From: Candidatus Woesearchaeota archaeon
GTDB lineage: Archaea; Nanobdellota; Nanobdellia; Woesearchaeales; JABGXB01
Length of the DNA stretch: 64,000 bases
Assembly (NCBI GenBank): GCA_018675975.1
Contig: JABGXB010000003.1
Location: 66,181-130,180, forward strand
Direction of reading: 5' to 3'
Made by a program: the position numbers and the translations under genes. The notes under the pieces are model-generated. The model did no database searches. It saw only the letters and a list, made by a program, of their open reading frames with translations, and had not been told where the DNA came from. Below are positions 49,919 through 60,607 of this stretch, one piece after another; position 1 is the stretch's first letter; each line of letters starts with the position of its first letter.

Positions 49919-50818
49919 TTATTTAATAATTTTTGAATCTAGTGGAGAATAAATAAATAAAATTTTTGTATATAAATTCACTAAAAAATTAACAAGATAT
50001 ATAATTAAATAAGATAATATTGTAACTAATATAAAAAATATAGCGAATTTAGAAATTATTTCTAAAACATAATAAATCCCAATATAACCTAATGGATCTA
50101 AATATGTATTATAGTCAAAAATTACTAATTTTGCAATAAGAAATAATGAAAAAAGAAATGCTATAATATTAAATGAACCAAAATTTAATGTATTTCTAAT
50201 TCCAATATTTATACTTGCATATAATTTAAAACGATCATTATCCTTTAAATACATTGGATACATTATATTAATTGCCTTTAATACCTTTAACTCATTCTTA
50301 AAAATTGCTTTTAATTTTTTATAATCTTTTAAAGAAACAAAATCAGATACTTTGAAAATATATTTTAAAAATAAATCAATACCCATGATTTTATACAAAT
50401 CCCTATTTGCAATAAATAAAATTAAATCAGATTGAAAATTTTGATATCGATATATGTATTCATATAGAGTATAATTATCCTTAAAATTTGAATTTAATAA
50501 TAGCCTAATTTGTTTTGAATCTAATTCATGACCCTTAATAAAATCTAATACATCATGTAACTCTTTTTGAGATAATTTTGATAAAAATGAATTTATTATA
50601 ACCTGACTACTTGTAAAAAATTTCCTTCTAAAAAATATACTATTATTTAATACTAGAGTAACAATTGCACCTACAAAAAATATTAATGGTCCAAATATAC
50701 CAGGATCTTTAAATGTATAAACTAATGATAATATACCTAATGATAAAAAAAACCAAAATTCATCAGTAACACTTAAATTCCATTTTTCTAGAATTGGCCG
50801 TACTATTAATTTGTACAT
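49919..50818 (-). CDS. Membrane protein
   Basis: Two pairs of TM helices. The frame is open about 30 codons upstream of the ATG. Confidence 0.6.
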   Translation of the reverse strand: MYKLIVRPILEKWNLSVTDEFWFFLSLGILSLVYTFKDPGIFGPLIFFVGAIVTLVLNNSIFFRRKFFTSSQVIINSFLSKLSQKELHDVLDFIKGHELDSKQIRLLLNSNFKDNYTLYEYIYRYQNFQSDLILFIANRDLYKIMGIDLFLKYIFKVSDFVSLKDYKKLKAIFKNELKVLKAINIMYPMYLKDNDRFKLYASINIGIRNTLNFGSFNIIAFLFSLFLIAKLVIFDYNTYLDPLGYIGIYYVLEIISKFAIFFILVTILSYLIIYLVNFLVNLYTKILFIYSPLDSKIIK

Positions 50819-50968
50819 ATTGTCTAAATATGGAAAAATTAATCCATTAAATCGTTTAATACCTAAATCTTTTTTAGACTTGTTATTATCTATAGTACAC
50901 CTCTTAGATTAAAAAAAGAAATATTAGCTTAAAAAGTTTACCCTAAAAATATAAAAAATTAAAAAAAA

Positions 50969-51379
50969 TTAAAAAGAAACTAATATTAATGTAATAAAAA
51001 TTATTTCTACTAATTTATGAAATGAATTTAAAAAAAATAATTTTGGACTTTTATTTTCCCATAATATTGGTTGCAATAATGTTGTACAAACAAAACCCAA
51101 CCATAATAAAATTGCCCACAATAATCCACTTAATAAATCAGTTATTGCTAAATTTTTCAATAATATTGAAAAAACATATACAAACAATAAAGTTGATACA
51201 CCTGCCATAATAAATGTACCCGCCATACCACTTTTTTTAGCTTTTTCTATTTCTTTTTTAGACATACCAACTAATTTCATCCATACTTTACCAAATAATG
51301 GCCCATACCATACCATACCAATAAACATAGATACAATTGTTGCTACAATTATAGATATTATATTTACATTAAAATCCAT
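50969..51379 (-). CDS. DUF1761-like membrane protein
   Basis: IGMVWYGPLFGKVW motif and 4 TM helices. Confidence 0.8.
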   Translation of the reverse strand: MDFNVNIISIIVATIVSMFIGMVWYGPLFGKVWMKLVGMSKKEIEKAKKSGMAGTFIMAGVSTLLFVYVFSILLKNLAITDLLSGLLWAILLWLGFVCTTLLQPILWENKSPKLFFLNSFHKLVEIIFITLILVSF

Positions 51380-51467
51380 ATTATCACAAATTAAATGATT
51401 AATTTTGATTAATAAATATATGTAAATTTATACAAATATTAATTAATGAATACTTATTAATATAATT

Positions 51468-51707
51468 ATGATTGAACCAGAAATTGTAAATGATATAAAT
51501 AATTCAACTTATAATAATAATTCAAAAACCCATCATAATAAATTTAAATTCAAATTGTATAAAATGAATGGATTTAAAGCAATTCTATTATTAATTACAA
51601 TATTTTATATTTTAATAAAAATTGGTTGGAATATTTTAATCAGCCTATTTGATCCAATTTTAATAATTTTAATTATAATTACAATTATTGTTTGGAAGTT
51701 TTTTTAA
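51468..51707 (+). CDS. Small membrane protein
   Basis: Hydrophobic C-terminal half. Confidence 0.45.
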   Translation: MIEPEIVNDINNSTYNNNSKTHHNKFKFKLYKMNGFKAILLLITIFYILIKIGWNILISLFDPILIILIIITIIVWKFF

Positions 51708-52407
51708 ACCATTGAGACTTAGCCATTAGGCTCCCATATTCAAAATTATAAACTAATAATAAATTTGTAGGTTCTTTTAAATATTCCACTACAGAACAAA
51801 ATTCTTTTTTAAAATTATTTCTTTTTCGTCCTGGCATTAATAGTTCATCGAAACTATCACTTGTTATTGCGTATAAATGAAATAAATCATAATTTTTATC
51901 CCCAATTATTGCACTTGCTAATTCTCTTTCTAAACTTAAATCTCTTTTAAGTTTTTTTGACACAGTTGGATTTGCAATAATTACTTGTTTATGCCCATCT
52001 TTTTCAATAGTAATTAAACGAGTTAAATTAATTGGTTGATCAGAACCATTACATGAACCTTTAATATAACTACCAGTATCACAAAATTCTATATTACAAC
52101 CATTTGTTTGATAAGGTGCTTGAATATATTCAATTGAATCAAAATTTTCACTTTTTACAAGTCTATTAAAAAAATCATCCAAAAAAAATTCTAATATTAA
52201 TTGTGTTTTTGCTCTTTTAGGTGAATTAGATGATTCAACACTATTAGAATATGCTAAAAAAGAACCCTCATTAATAGTTGGTAATCTAGGATTAAATTGA
52301 ATTATTCTCGGTAATAAACGTTCATCAAAAGTTGGTAATATATCAATAAAATCACCATTAATACTAAAATCAATTTTTGATTTTCCATTTAACAAAGGCT
52401 CAGTCAT
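51685..52407 (-). CDS. Hypothetical protein
   Basis: 240-aa ORF downstream of the sigma factor gene. Confidence 0.55.
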   Translation of the reverse strand: MTEPLLNGKSKIDFSINGDFIDILPTFDERLLPRIIQFNPRLPTINEGSFLAYSNSVESSNSPKRAKTQLILEFFLDDFFNRLVKSENFDSIEYIQAPYQTNGCNIEFCDTGSYIKGSCNGSDQPINLTRLITIEKDGHKQVIIANPTVSKKLKRDLSLERELASAIIGDKNYDLFHLYAITSDSFDELLMPGRKRNNFKKEFCSVVEYLKEPTNLLLVYNFEYGSLMAKSQWFKKTSKQ

Positions 52408-52503
52408 AATCAGAAAAATAATATCACACTTATAAGAATTAATTAAAAGAAAAATATATATTAAAAAACTTAATCTGAAATTATAATTAAGATAATTTTA
52501 TTT

Positions 52504-54195
52504 TCATTCACTATCTAAATAAAAATGTTTTAATTTAGCACTACGACTTGGATGTCTTAATTTTCGTTCTGCTTTACATTGAATTTGACGAATACGTTCA
52601 CGAGTTACACCAAACATTTTTCCTACTTCTTCTAATGTTTTTTCCCACCCATCTTCAATTCCATAACGATGAATAATAACTTTTTGTTCTCTTTCAGTTA
52701 AAGTTTTTAAAACTTCACCAACTTTTTCTTTTAAAAATAACTTATTAACATCATTATCAACAGGTTTATTATCATCGGGAATAAATGATTCTAATGTTGC
52801 TTCACTATCCCCCATTTGAACTTTTTGATTAAGTGAAGCTATATCTAATGAATAAGTTATAATTTCATTTACTTTATCTACAGTTAATCCTAATTCTTCA
52901 GCAATTTCATTAGGTTTTGGATTGCAATTATTTTTTTGAGTTAACATTCTTTGAACTTTACGAACCATATTAATAGTTTCAACCATATGTACTGGAATTC
53001 TAATCGTTCTAGCTTGATCTGCAATTGCACGAGTTATTGCTTGACGAACCCACCATATAGCATAAGTACTAAATTTAAAACCTTTTTTATATTTAAATTT
53101 ATCAACCGCACGTATAAGTCCACCATTTCCTTCTTGAATTAAATCTAAAAAATGTAAACCTCTTTTAGTATATTTTTTAGCAGTAGATACTACAAGTCTT
53201 AAATTACTCTCAATCATTTTAGATTTTGCAACCTTATCACCTTTTTCAATAAGTTTTGCTAATGCTATTTCTTCTTCTACACTTAAAAGTGGAATTTTTC
53301 CAATTTCGAGAAGATAATTTTTTACAGTATCCTCATTTTTAATATCACTTAAATATGAATTAGAAGATTTATCAACTGATGCGTCCATTCCCTTAGTGTA
53401 TGCATTCTTTACATCATTAGCAGTTATTTGTTTCACAATTGTTTCAGAATCAATTTCAGTACCTTCTCCAATTCCATAAACTGGTTTAATTTGTCGTAAT
53501 GAATTCGGTGAGTCTAAATCAAAATAATCCGCAGAAACTTCAACAAATTCAGTTGCATTTTTACTTTCATCTAATTCAGGAATATCATCATACAAATCAG
53601 AATCATTTGAATCATAAATAGGAGTTTGTTCTAATTTTTTATTAATATACTCAGTTTTTTTTGTCCTCGTAGTTTTTTTTTTATTAACTGGTTTAGGAAC
53701 CTTAACATATTTTGTATTTGAATCTTTTTTAATTGTAGTAGATGGTTTACTTTCTAAAATAGTTTCCAATGGAACACTTGTTTTCTTTGGTTTTGGTTTA
53801 GATAAATCCCCTTGAATAACATGCAATTCTGGTTTTTTATATTCAAAATCAGCTTCACCAGCTTCACCAACTAATTCAACAAGTTCTTTAACAAAATAAC
53901 CAAAAGTATCACCAACTTTTTTCATTAAATGTCTTATATCTCTACGCTTATAATCTGTTGAACTATGAAAATGACCTTGTGCTACAAATCTTTGTTCTGG
54001 TAATAATTCAACATCTAAATAATAACTTAAAACTCCTAATATTAAAGAACCAGAGACTTCATTTGGTAAAATTTTACTAAGAACACTATTATATTCATCA
54101 CTCATATCTAAATCAGAAAGAGAATATATTTCTCTAGGTGAAATATCACTTATTTGTAAATAGTTTTCTTTTTCTACCCTATTTGGATTATTCAT
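52504..54195 (-). CDS. rpoD: RpoD/SigA-like sigma70 factor with about 285-aa unrelated N-terminal extension
   Basis: Region 1.2 [16 protein letters not shown]. Region 2 [12 protein letters not shown]...[17 protein letters not shown]...[29 protein letters not shown]. Region 4 [19 protein letters not shown]. Confidence 0.93.
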   Translation of the reverse strand: MNNPNRVEKENYLQISDISPREIYSLSDLDMSDEYNSVLSKILPNEVSGSLILGVLSYYLDVELLPEQRFVAQGHFHSSTDYKRRDIRHLMKKVGDTFGYFVKELVELVGEAGEADFEYKKPELHVIQGDLSKPKPKKTSVPLETILESKPSTTIKKDSNTKYVKVPKPVNKKKTTRTKKTEYINKKLEQTPIYDSNDSDLYDDIPELDESKNATEFVEVSADYFDLDSPNSLRQIKPVYGIGEGTEIDSETIVKQITANDVKNAYTKGMDASVDKSSNSYLSDIKNEDTVKNYLLEIGKIPLLSVEEEIALAKLIEKGDKVAKSKMIESNLRLVVSTAKKYTKRGLHFLDLIQEGNGGLIRAVDKFKYKKGFKFSTYAIWWVRQAITRAIADQARTIRIPVHMVETINMVRKVQRMLTQKNNCNPKPNEIAEELGLTVDKVNEIITYSLDIASLNQKVQMGDSEATLESFIPDDNKPVDNDVNKLFLKEKVGEVLKTLTEREQKVIIHRYGIEDGWEKTLEEVGKMFGVTRERIRQIQCKAERKLRHPSRSAKLKHFYLDSE

Positions 54196-56550
54196 TTAAA
54201 TACCGTCATAAAATTGTTTAAATTTATTTAAATTATATAAAACATCTTCGCCATCTTGAACAGGTATATCCTTTTCATGATTATCTAAAACATCCCAAGT
54301 TTTATCTTCATCAAAACCCTTTTCAATCAATCCACCAGCAGACAAATATACATCATCTAAAGGACTTTCAACTATACTTTTAGAATCTAAGCCACTATTT
54401 AAATCTTGCTCCAAATTTAATTTAAAAGTACCATCCATAATTGCATCTCTCATTTCAGGAAATACTTGAGCTACAAGACTTAAAGAATACATTGAATCAT
54501 CTCCGGATCCATTAACACTTCCACCCAACCAAATTTGTAAAACATCTTTCGGTAATTTATACGCTTTCGTTGAACAAACAAATTCATATACTTCAGATAA
54601 TGAAACTTTATTTTTTAAAACACTCTCAAATTGTTTTTGAAATATTTCTTCTTCATCAATCGCATAACTATAACTTTCACCACAAAATTCTTTTAAAACA
54701 TCTTCACTATATAAACCATTTTCACCGTCCCCATGACAAGCTTTAATACGTGCATTTAATGTATCAAAAGGAATACTATTTTCAACAAGAGATCTTTCAT
54801 GTATTGCATATATATTTGGAAGCGTAAACATTTGCATTTCATCATTTTCATCAGGAATTGTATCCTTGTTAAGACTTTTTTTTTTACTTTCATATAAATT
54901 TCTTTCTTTAATTACATTTCTAACATATGTTAAAATTTCATTTCTTTGTTTAGGATACCTAGATATTAAAATTGAAACTAAACTTGATGCATTCGGATCC
55001 CCTTTATAACGATCTTTTTCTGCAAATTTAATACGTGGAAGTTTCAAAAAATCTGCATCTGAATCTAAAAATTTTAATTCTTTTAATAAATTTAAACTCA
55101 CTCCTTGATTTAAATATAAATTTAAAATATCTTTTTCTTTTTCAACAAATTGTTTATAATCACTAAATAATTGTTCTAATTTTCCTTTTTTATCTCTATA
55201 AAGTTTTTTTGAGAATATACTTTCACCCAAGTAATACCCATCAGTAAATTTTAATTTTTTAGATAAATTATTTGAAAAACGTATAAAATCCATATCAAAA
55301 TTATCATCAAAAGAAACAAGTAAATATAAATCTCTTGCAATTACTTTAGAACTTAAGAGTTCATCTAAAGAATTTACTTTATCGATATTAGTTATATTAT
55401 AATTTTTTGTTGGATCTAAATCTGTTGAATGAGTTTTTTTTGTTTGTCTAAGATTTAATTTTTTTGATTCACCTAATTTTTGTTCTAAATTCTTATCTGC
55501 ATCAATATTCTTATCTACATTTGTATCTGGTTCACTTTCACCTATATTTAATTTTCTTTTAACTTCATTTAAAATTTTACCTTCATGTTGTTTAAAGAAT
55601 CTAACAATCACATCCAAATGATATTTAATTACTCCATCTTCTTTAAAATGAGGAACTCCTTTTTTTTTAAACACTTTTTTTAAAAGACTTTTTGCTAAAA
55701 AAAAAGATCCAGAATGTTTTAATATATCACCAACTTCATTTAATGTAAAACTTATTTTTGATAAATCAACTTCTTTTTTGAAATTATCACAATCATAAAT
55801 TTCATCTGATGAATCTAATGGTTTTGGAATTTCTACAATAGATGGAGGTTCAAGAATATCAGAAGAAGATTCAACTTTAATTGGAGTTGGAATAATAGAT
55901 TGAGGCTCAAGAACATCAGAAGATTCAACTGTAATTGGAGTTGAAATAATAGACACTGTTTTTGAAACATCAGAAGAACTAACTAATGCTTCTAATTTAG
56001 GTTCAACTGGTTTAATATAATGTTTAGATTCTAAAACAGGTTCAATTTTTATAGATATTTTACTTTGATTAAATAATTTGAAAGGTTCAGCAATTTGAGT
56101 TAAAGGTTTTTTCTCTATATTAAAATTTAATAAATTACTTCCCATTATTAAATTCGATAAACCATATACAGGTTCATTTGCTTTTGAATCATATGATCGA
56201 AATGATGAAAAATTAAAATCAGAATTACCTTCCTTTTTTGATAATTTAACTTTCAAATCAGATTTTTTAATTTCTTTTTTTTTAATTTTATGATCTTCAA
56301 TAATAACTTGAGCAGCTCCCACAATTTCAGGAATATTTGATTTTAAATTTTCAACAATCATAGCTAATTCAATTTCATCTACATCATTTGTAAAAAATGG
56401 ATCTAAATCAAAATTATTTATATCAGCACAATCTAAAATATCTAATAATTCACTTTTAGAAAAACAAGTATTTAATTCAGCTCCATATTTTTTAAATATA
56501 CTGACCCAACCTCTTTTATTTGCTAGACTGTTATCACTTAATATTCCCAC
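54196..56550 (-). CDS. Large hypothetical protein with repeated HTH-like modules
   Basis: 784-aa ORF with a GTG start. Its stop directly abuts the sigma ATG. It has a Pro/Ser-rich tandem repeat at about 55810-55950. Confidence 0.6.
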   Translation of the reverse strand: MGILSDNSLANKRGWVSIFKKYGAELNTCFSKSELLDILDCADINNFDLDPFFTNDVDEIELAMIVENLKSNIPEIVGAAQVIIEDHKIKKKEIKKSDLKVKLSKKEGNSDFNFSSFRSYDSKANEPVYGLSNLIMGSNLLNFNIEKKPLTQIAEPFKLFNQSKISIKIEPVLESKHYIKPVEPKLEALVSSSDVSKTVSIISTPITVESSDVLEPQSIIPTPIKVESSSDILEPPSIVEIPKPLDSSDEIYDCDNFKKEVDLSKISFTLNEVGDILKHSGSFFLAKSLLKKVFKKKGVPHFKEDGVIKYHLDVIVRFFKQHEGKILNEVKRKLNIGESEPDTNVDKNIDADKNLEQKLGESKKLNLRQTKKTHSTDLDPTKNYNITNIDKVNSLDELLSSKVIARDLYLLVSFDDNFDMDFIRFSNNLSKKLKFTDGYYLGESIFSKKLYRDKKGKLEQLFSDYKQFVEKEKDILNLYLNQGVSLNLLKELKFLDSDADFLKLPRIKFAEKDRYKGDPNASSLVSILISRYPKQRNEILTYVRNVIKERNLYESKKKSLNKDTIPDENDEMQMFTLPNIYAIHERSLVENSIPFDTLNARIKACHGDGENGLYSEDVLKEFCGESYSYAIDEEEIFQKQFESVLKNKVSLSEVYEFVCSTKAYKLPKDVLQIWLGGSVNGSGDDSMYSLSLVAQVFPEMRDAIMDGTFKLNLEQDLNSGLDSKSIVESPLDDVYLSAGGLIEKGFDEDKTWDVLDNHEKDIPVQDGEDVLYNLNKFKQFYDGI

Positions 56551-56634
56551 AATAAATTATCTTAGAATTTACTTTATATACATTTTGCAGCATAAACATA
56601 GTCTTTTAAAAACACATATTAAACCTATTATAAA

Positions 56635-57723
56635 TTATAATTGTAAAACTTTTGGTAATTTAGATCTTATCTTCAAATACCATTTTGATAAAATATACAT
56701 AATTCCAACTAAAGGAATAGTTAATATCCATGCATGTAAATCTGGAAGTAAATCTTTATATCCACTAATTTCTAAAACTTTTAAAATTAATAAATAATGA
56801 CTTACATATAAAAAAAATGCAGCATAACCAATTTGTTTTAAAAAATTTAAAATTGAAGAAGTAATTCTATCTGTAAAATTATTATAAAACCAAAGGGCTA
56901 TTGAACAAATTAATGCCGATTGACTTACAGCATAATGTGTTAACATAAATGATCTACCATAATAATTAATTGGTAAACCTAAAAAATGTATTACAAAAGT
57001 TAAAATAAAATATAATGCACTATAAAAAACTAATTTTTTAGAATCAATACCTTGCATAATTAAATTAATTAAAATAACACCACCAAGCATAATTGGAAAT
57101 AAATTAAATATTGAAAACCAACCTCTAAATAAGGAATTTAAAATTACACTCCATATTACCGAAAATGGAGAAGATAAATCTGGTTGTCTTGGACCAATTT
57201 CACCAACTATTGTACTATCAACAATATAATACATTTGAGATTGTAAAAATGCAAATAAAATTATTATACTAAATAAAAATAAATATGAACTTAATCTCAT
57301 TTTTTTTAAGATTTTATAAAACATTAAAATAAATCCTGCAGTAAAAATAGCAGTTAATCCAATTCCTTGAATTGCTTCTTCCCATCTTAAATAAATAAAT
57401 ATATTCCACATAATAATTGTAAATGGTAAACTAATTAAAATATATTTTCCATATCGTTTAAAAATTTCTTTTAATACTTTTAATTTAGAACGTGGTTGAC
57501 TTCCAGACATTCGTTTTCTTAATAATAAAAATACACTCATACCACTAACAAATGTAAATAATAAACTTGGTGGAAACCATGTAACAGAATGAATCATTTC
57601 TACATAGTATGGAGGTGTTGTATAAATACTTGAAACAGATAAAAAATCAAAAATTTGAATCGTTACCATAATAAGTAAAGCTATACCACGAAAAATATCA
57701 ACATAATCTAATCTTTTTATCAT
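56635..57723 (-). CDS. Membrane acyltransferase (DUF1624 / HGSNAT-like)
   Basis: RLDYVDIFRGIALLIM, LFTFVSGMS, IG...Y.SH, and multiple TM helices. Confidence 0.7.
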   Translation of the reverse strand: MIKRLDYVDIFRGIALLIMVTIQIFDFLSVSSIYTTPPYYVEMIHSVTWFPPSLLFTFVSGMSVFLLLRKRMSGSQPRSKLKVLKEIFKRYGKYILISLPFTIIMWNIFIYLRWEEAIQGIGLTAIFTAGFILMFYKILKKMRLSSYLFLFSIIILFAFLQSQMYYIVDSTIVGEIGPRQPDLSSPFSVIWSVILNSLFRGWFSIFNLFPIMLGGVILINLIMQGIDSKKLVFYSALYFILTFVIHFLGLPINYYGRSFMLTHYAVSQSALICSIALWFYNNFTDRITSSILNFLKQIGYAAFFLYVSHYLLILKVLEISGYKDLLPDLHAWILTIPLVGIMYILSKWYLKIRSKLPKVLQL

Positions 57724-58475
57724 CTATCACACATAATTATTTCTGAAACTGTTTTAATTTCTATTTGCTTTGCTTTAATATAATTAATAAGATTTTCTAA
57801 AATATTAGGATGAATTGAATACTCGTAACTATTGTTTGTAGTAACTAAGTGTAACATAAATACAGTCCAAGTATTATTAATTAATGTATTGTCAACAATT
57901 TTTTTTAAAAATGACATTTGTGTTCTATTTGTAATCCAAATTGACGAAATATTATATTTATCAAAATTATTTATATCATTATAACCCCATGTACTTGGCC
58001 TAATAGAATTATAATATTTTTTTGCTATTAATTTAATTTGATCATTATAATGTCCATAAGGAATTGAAACTGAAATAATATTAAACCCATTATTATTTAA
58101 TATTCTCTTTGATTCACTAAATTCAAATTCAATTTGAGAATCATTCATTTTAGTCATATCATTATGTGTTAAAGTGTGACTTGCAAGTTCCCAATTAGAA
58201 TTTTGTAATTCTTTAATATGAGACCAATTCATTAAAGTTTTATTTTCAAATTTATTGCCAACTAATCCAGCTATAATATAATTTGTTCCTGTTATATTAT
58301 ATTTTGAAAAAATAGGATAAGCATTAATATATTGATCAATTGTACCATCATCAAATGTAAATGAGATGACTCCACCATCACAATATGAACTATTATTTAT
58401 ATTATTAAAAATAATAATGAAAATTAAAATAATTAATAGTAGAAATATAAAACAATTTAATTTTTTTAACTTCAT
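57720..58475 (-). CDS. Membrane-anchored polysaccharide deacetylase (CE4)
   Basis: Motifs TFDDG, ELASHTLTH, PYG and MLH. Confidence 0.9.
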   Translation of the reverse strand: MKLKKLNCFIFLLLIILIFIIIFNNINNSSYCDGGVISFTFDDGTIDQYINAYPIFSKYNITGTNYIIAGLVGNKFENKTLMNWSHIKELQNSNWELASHTLTHNDMTKMNDSQIEFEFSESKRILNNNGFNIISVSIPYGHYNDQIKLIAKKYYNSIRPSTWGYNDINNFDKYNISSIWITNRTQMSFLKKIVDNTLINNTWTVFMLHLVTTNNSYEYSIHPNILENLINYIKAKQIEIKTVSEIIMCDR

Positions 58476-58960
58476 TTTTTTAAAGCTTTATTCATAGCTT
58501 CAATATTTAAATCCGCCTTAGCTTTCATACTTTGTGAAAATAATTTTTTGGTTAATTTGCTATCAGCCCATTTATATTTATTTACTTCATCTTTTTTTAA
58601 ATAAAATCTTCCAGGACCATAATAATTTGAAAATACAAAAAAATATGCCTTACCATGATTAAATTCACCTAAATCATAATTTCTAATTGTAAGCTCACCA
58701 TAATGTAAATTAATTTCAGGTGTACTAAGCTCTAAATTCATTATAGATAATTCTTCATATAATTCACGAAAAAACGCATCTTGAATAGTTTCATCAAAAT
58801 GAATTCCACCTTGTGGAAAATACCAATGATTATTATTTCTAGATGATCTTACTAGAAGAAATTCATTTTTATCATTTTTGATTATACATACGGCTGTTGG
58901 CCTATATGACTTATCTTTAAAGAGTTTTCTAACTAATTCATTCCCATTAATACTATTCAT
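58472..58960 (-). CDS. NUDIX hydrolase (RppH-like)
   Basis: YRPT and WYFPQGGIHFDETIQDAFFRELYEEL. Confidence 0.85.
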   Translation of the reverse strand: MNSINGNELVRKLFKDKSYRPTAVCIIKNDKNEFLLVRSSRNNNHWYFPQGGIHFDETIQDAFFRELYEELSIMNLELSTPEINLHYGELTIRNYDLGEFNHGKAYFFVFSNYYGPGRFYLKKDEVNKYKWADSKLTKKLFSQSMKAKADLNIEAMNKALKK

Positions 58961-59052
58961 AAAAAAACTAAAAATTGATTATTTATATATTTAATCTTAT
59001 AAAAGAAGATAATATTTAAAAATTAAAAAAATAATTAAAATTTGAAAATACC

Positions 59053-59889
59053 ATGAAAAAAATTAATAATGTTATTTTAGTATATAAAAAAAGTTCATAT
59101 GAATTAAAAAGATATAATAGTAGGTATGAGCAACATGTTAAATTAGCTCATAAAAGACAAAAAGATACATTAAACGCTGTTATCAATTTCCTAAAATTAA
59201 AAAAAATAAAACATCAAATATTCTATAGAGCTGAATTAAATAAAATTTTAAATGCAGATTTAATAATTTCAGTAGGTGGTGATGGAACTTTTTTAGAAGT
59301 TAGCCATTATGTGTTAAATAGTCCAATATTAGGAATAAATAGTGATGCACAAAGTAGTACTGGTTTTTTTTGTCATGCAAATAAAAATAATTTTAAAGAA
59401 ATTATTGAAAATATAGAAAAAGAGCCTAAAACTAAATTAACTCGAATGCAATTATCTTTAAATGACAAAAAAATAAAACAATTAGTTGTTAATGATATTT
59501 TAATTGCACATAAAAATCCAGCAGCAACAACAAAATATGAGGCTATATTAAATTATAATAAAAATATAATTAAATTAAAAAATAAAGATAGTGGATTATT
59601 ATTAAGTACTGGTTCTGGCTCAAGTGCATTTATGTATAATGAAGGTGGAAAAAAGTTTGATATAGATAAAGATTATTTTATTGCATATGCAAGAGCAAAT
59701 CGAAATAGTGAATTCTTTTATTTTGAAGATGCAAAAATTGAATCTAGTTCATATTTAGGTAGAATCTATATTGACGGACCACATTTAAATTATTCATTTA
59801 AATTAAATTCTATTTTAAAAATAACAAAAGGTATTAAATTAAATGTAATTGGAGATTTAAACAATAAAAGAAAAAAAATTGAAGAATAA
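59053..59889 (+). CDS. NAD(+) kinase
   Basis: Motifs VGGDGTFL, GINSD, VND and STGSGSSA. Confidence 0.85.
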   Translation: MKKINNVILVYKKSSYELKRYNSRYEQHVKLAHKRQKDTLNAVINFLKLKKIKHQIFYRAELNKILNADLIISVGGDGTFLEVSHYVLNSPILGINSDAQSSTGFFCHANKNNFKEIIENIEKEPKTKLTRMQLSLNDKKIKQLVVNDILIAHKNPAATTKYEAILNYNKNIIKLKNKDSGLLLSTGSGSSAFMYNEGGKKFDIDKDYFIAYARANRNSEFFYFEDAKIESSSYLGRIYIDGPHLNYSFKLNSILKITKGIKLNVIGDLNNKRKKIEE

Positions 59890-60572
59890 TGGAAAATAAA
59901 AAAAACTTAGAATATTTAGATAAATATTATTCACTAAAATCTATAGGAAATAGTATAGATTATTTAAGTAAAAAAATAAAAAGAATTAGAGCACATGTTA
60001 ATCCATTTAAATTTTTAGATAAACATCAATTTGAAGGATTTAAAAATAATAATCCAATAATAATAGATATAGGCTGTGCAAAAGCTGAATTTATATTTGA
60101 ATTATATAAAAAATTAAAAAATTATAATTTCATAGGATTTGAAGTACGTCCATTAATGATTAAATATTTAGAACAAGAATTTGAAAAATATAAAAATATC
60201 ATATTTTTTTCTGGAAATGCACAAAATAATTTAATTAATATAATTGAACCCAATCTTAAAAAAAATATAAAAATAGAATATATTTTTATTAATTTTCCTG
60301 ATCCATGGATAAAAACTAAACATATTAAAAGAAGAATTATTAATAAAGAATTTTTAAATCAAATTTATCAATTATTTGAAAAATATAATGTAAAAACTAA
60401 AATTATAATTCAAACAGATGTAGATTTTATGTTTAATGATATAAAAGAACAAATAATTAATAGTAAATATGAAAAATATACATTATTTGACAAACCAATA
60501 TTTAATATTCAAACTAAATGGGAAATTGATTCAATAAAAAAGAAAAAAACAATATATAGATTATTAATATAA
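59889..60572 (+). CDS. trmB: tRNA (guanine-N7)-methyltransferase
   Basis: Motifs RAHVNP, DIGCAKAEF, GFEVR, NFPDPWIKTKHIKRR and QTD. Confidence 0.88.
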   Translation: MENKKNLEYLDKYYSLKSIGNSIDYLSKKIKRIRAHVNPFKFLDKHQFEGFKNNNPIIIDIGCAKAEFIFELYKKLKNYNFIGFEVRPLMIKYLEQEFEKYKNIIFFSGNAQNNLINIIEPNLKKNIKIEYIFINFPDPWIKTKHIKRRIINKEFLNQIYQLFEKYNVKTKIIIQTDVDFMFNDIKEQIINSKYEKYTLFDKPIFNIQTKWEIDSIKKKKTIYRLLI

Positions 60573-60607
60573 AATATTTTTATAAACTATTAGAAATTTT
60601 CAAATTT

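Noticed and set aside
48994..57000. Prophage or plasmid as the source of the sigma factor
   Set aside because: No capsid, terminase, replication or integrase genes and no att repeats were seen around it.
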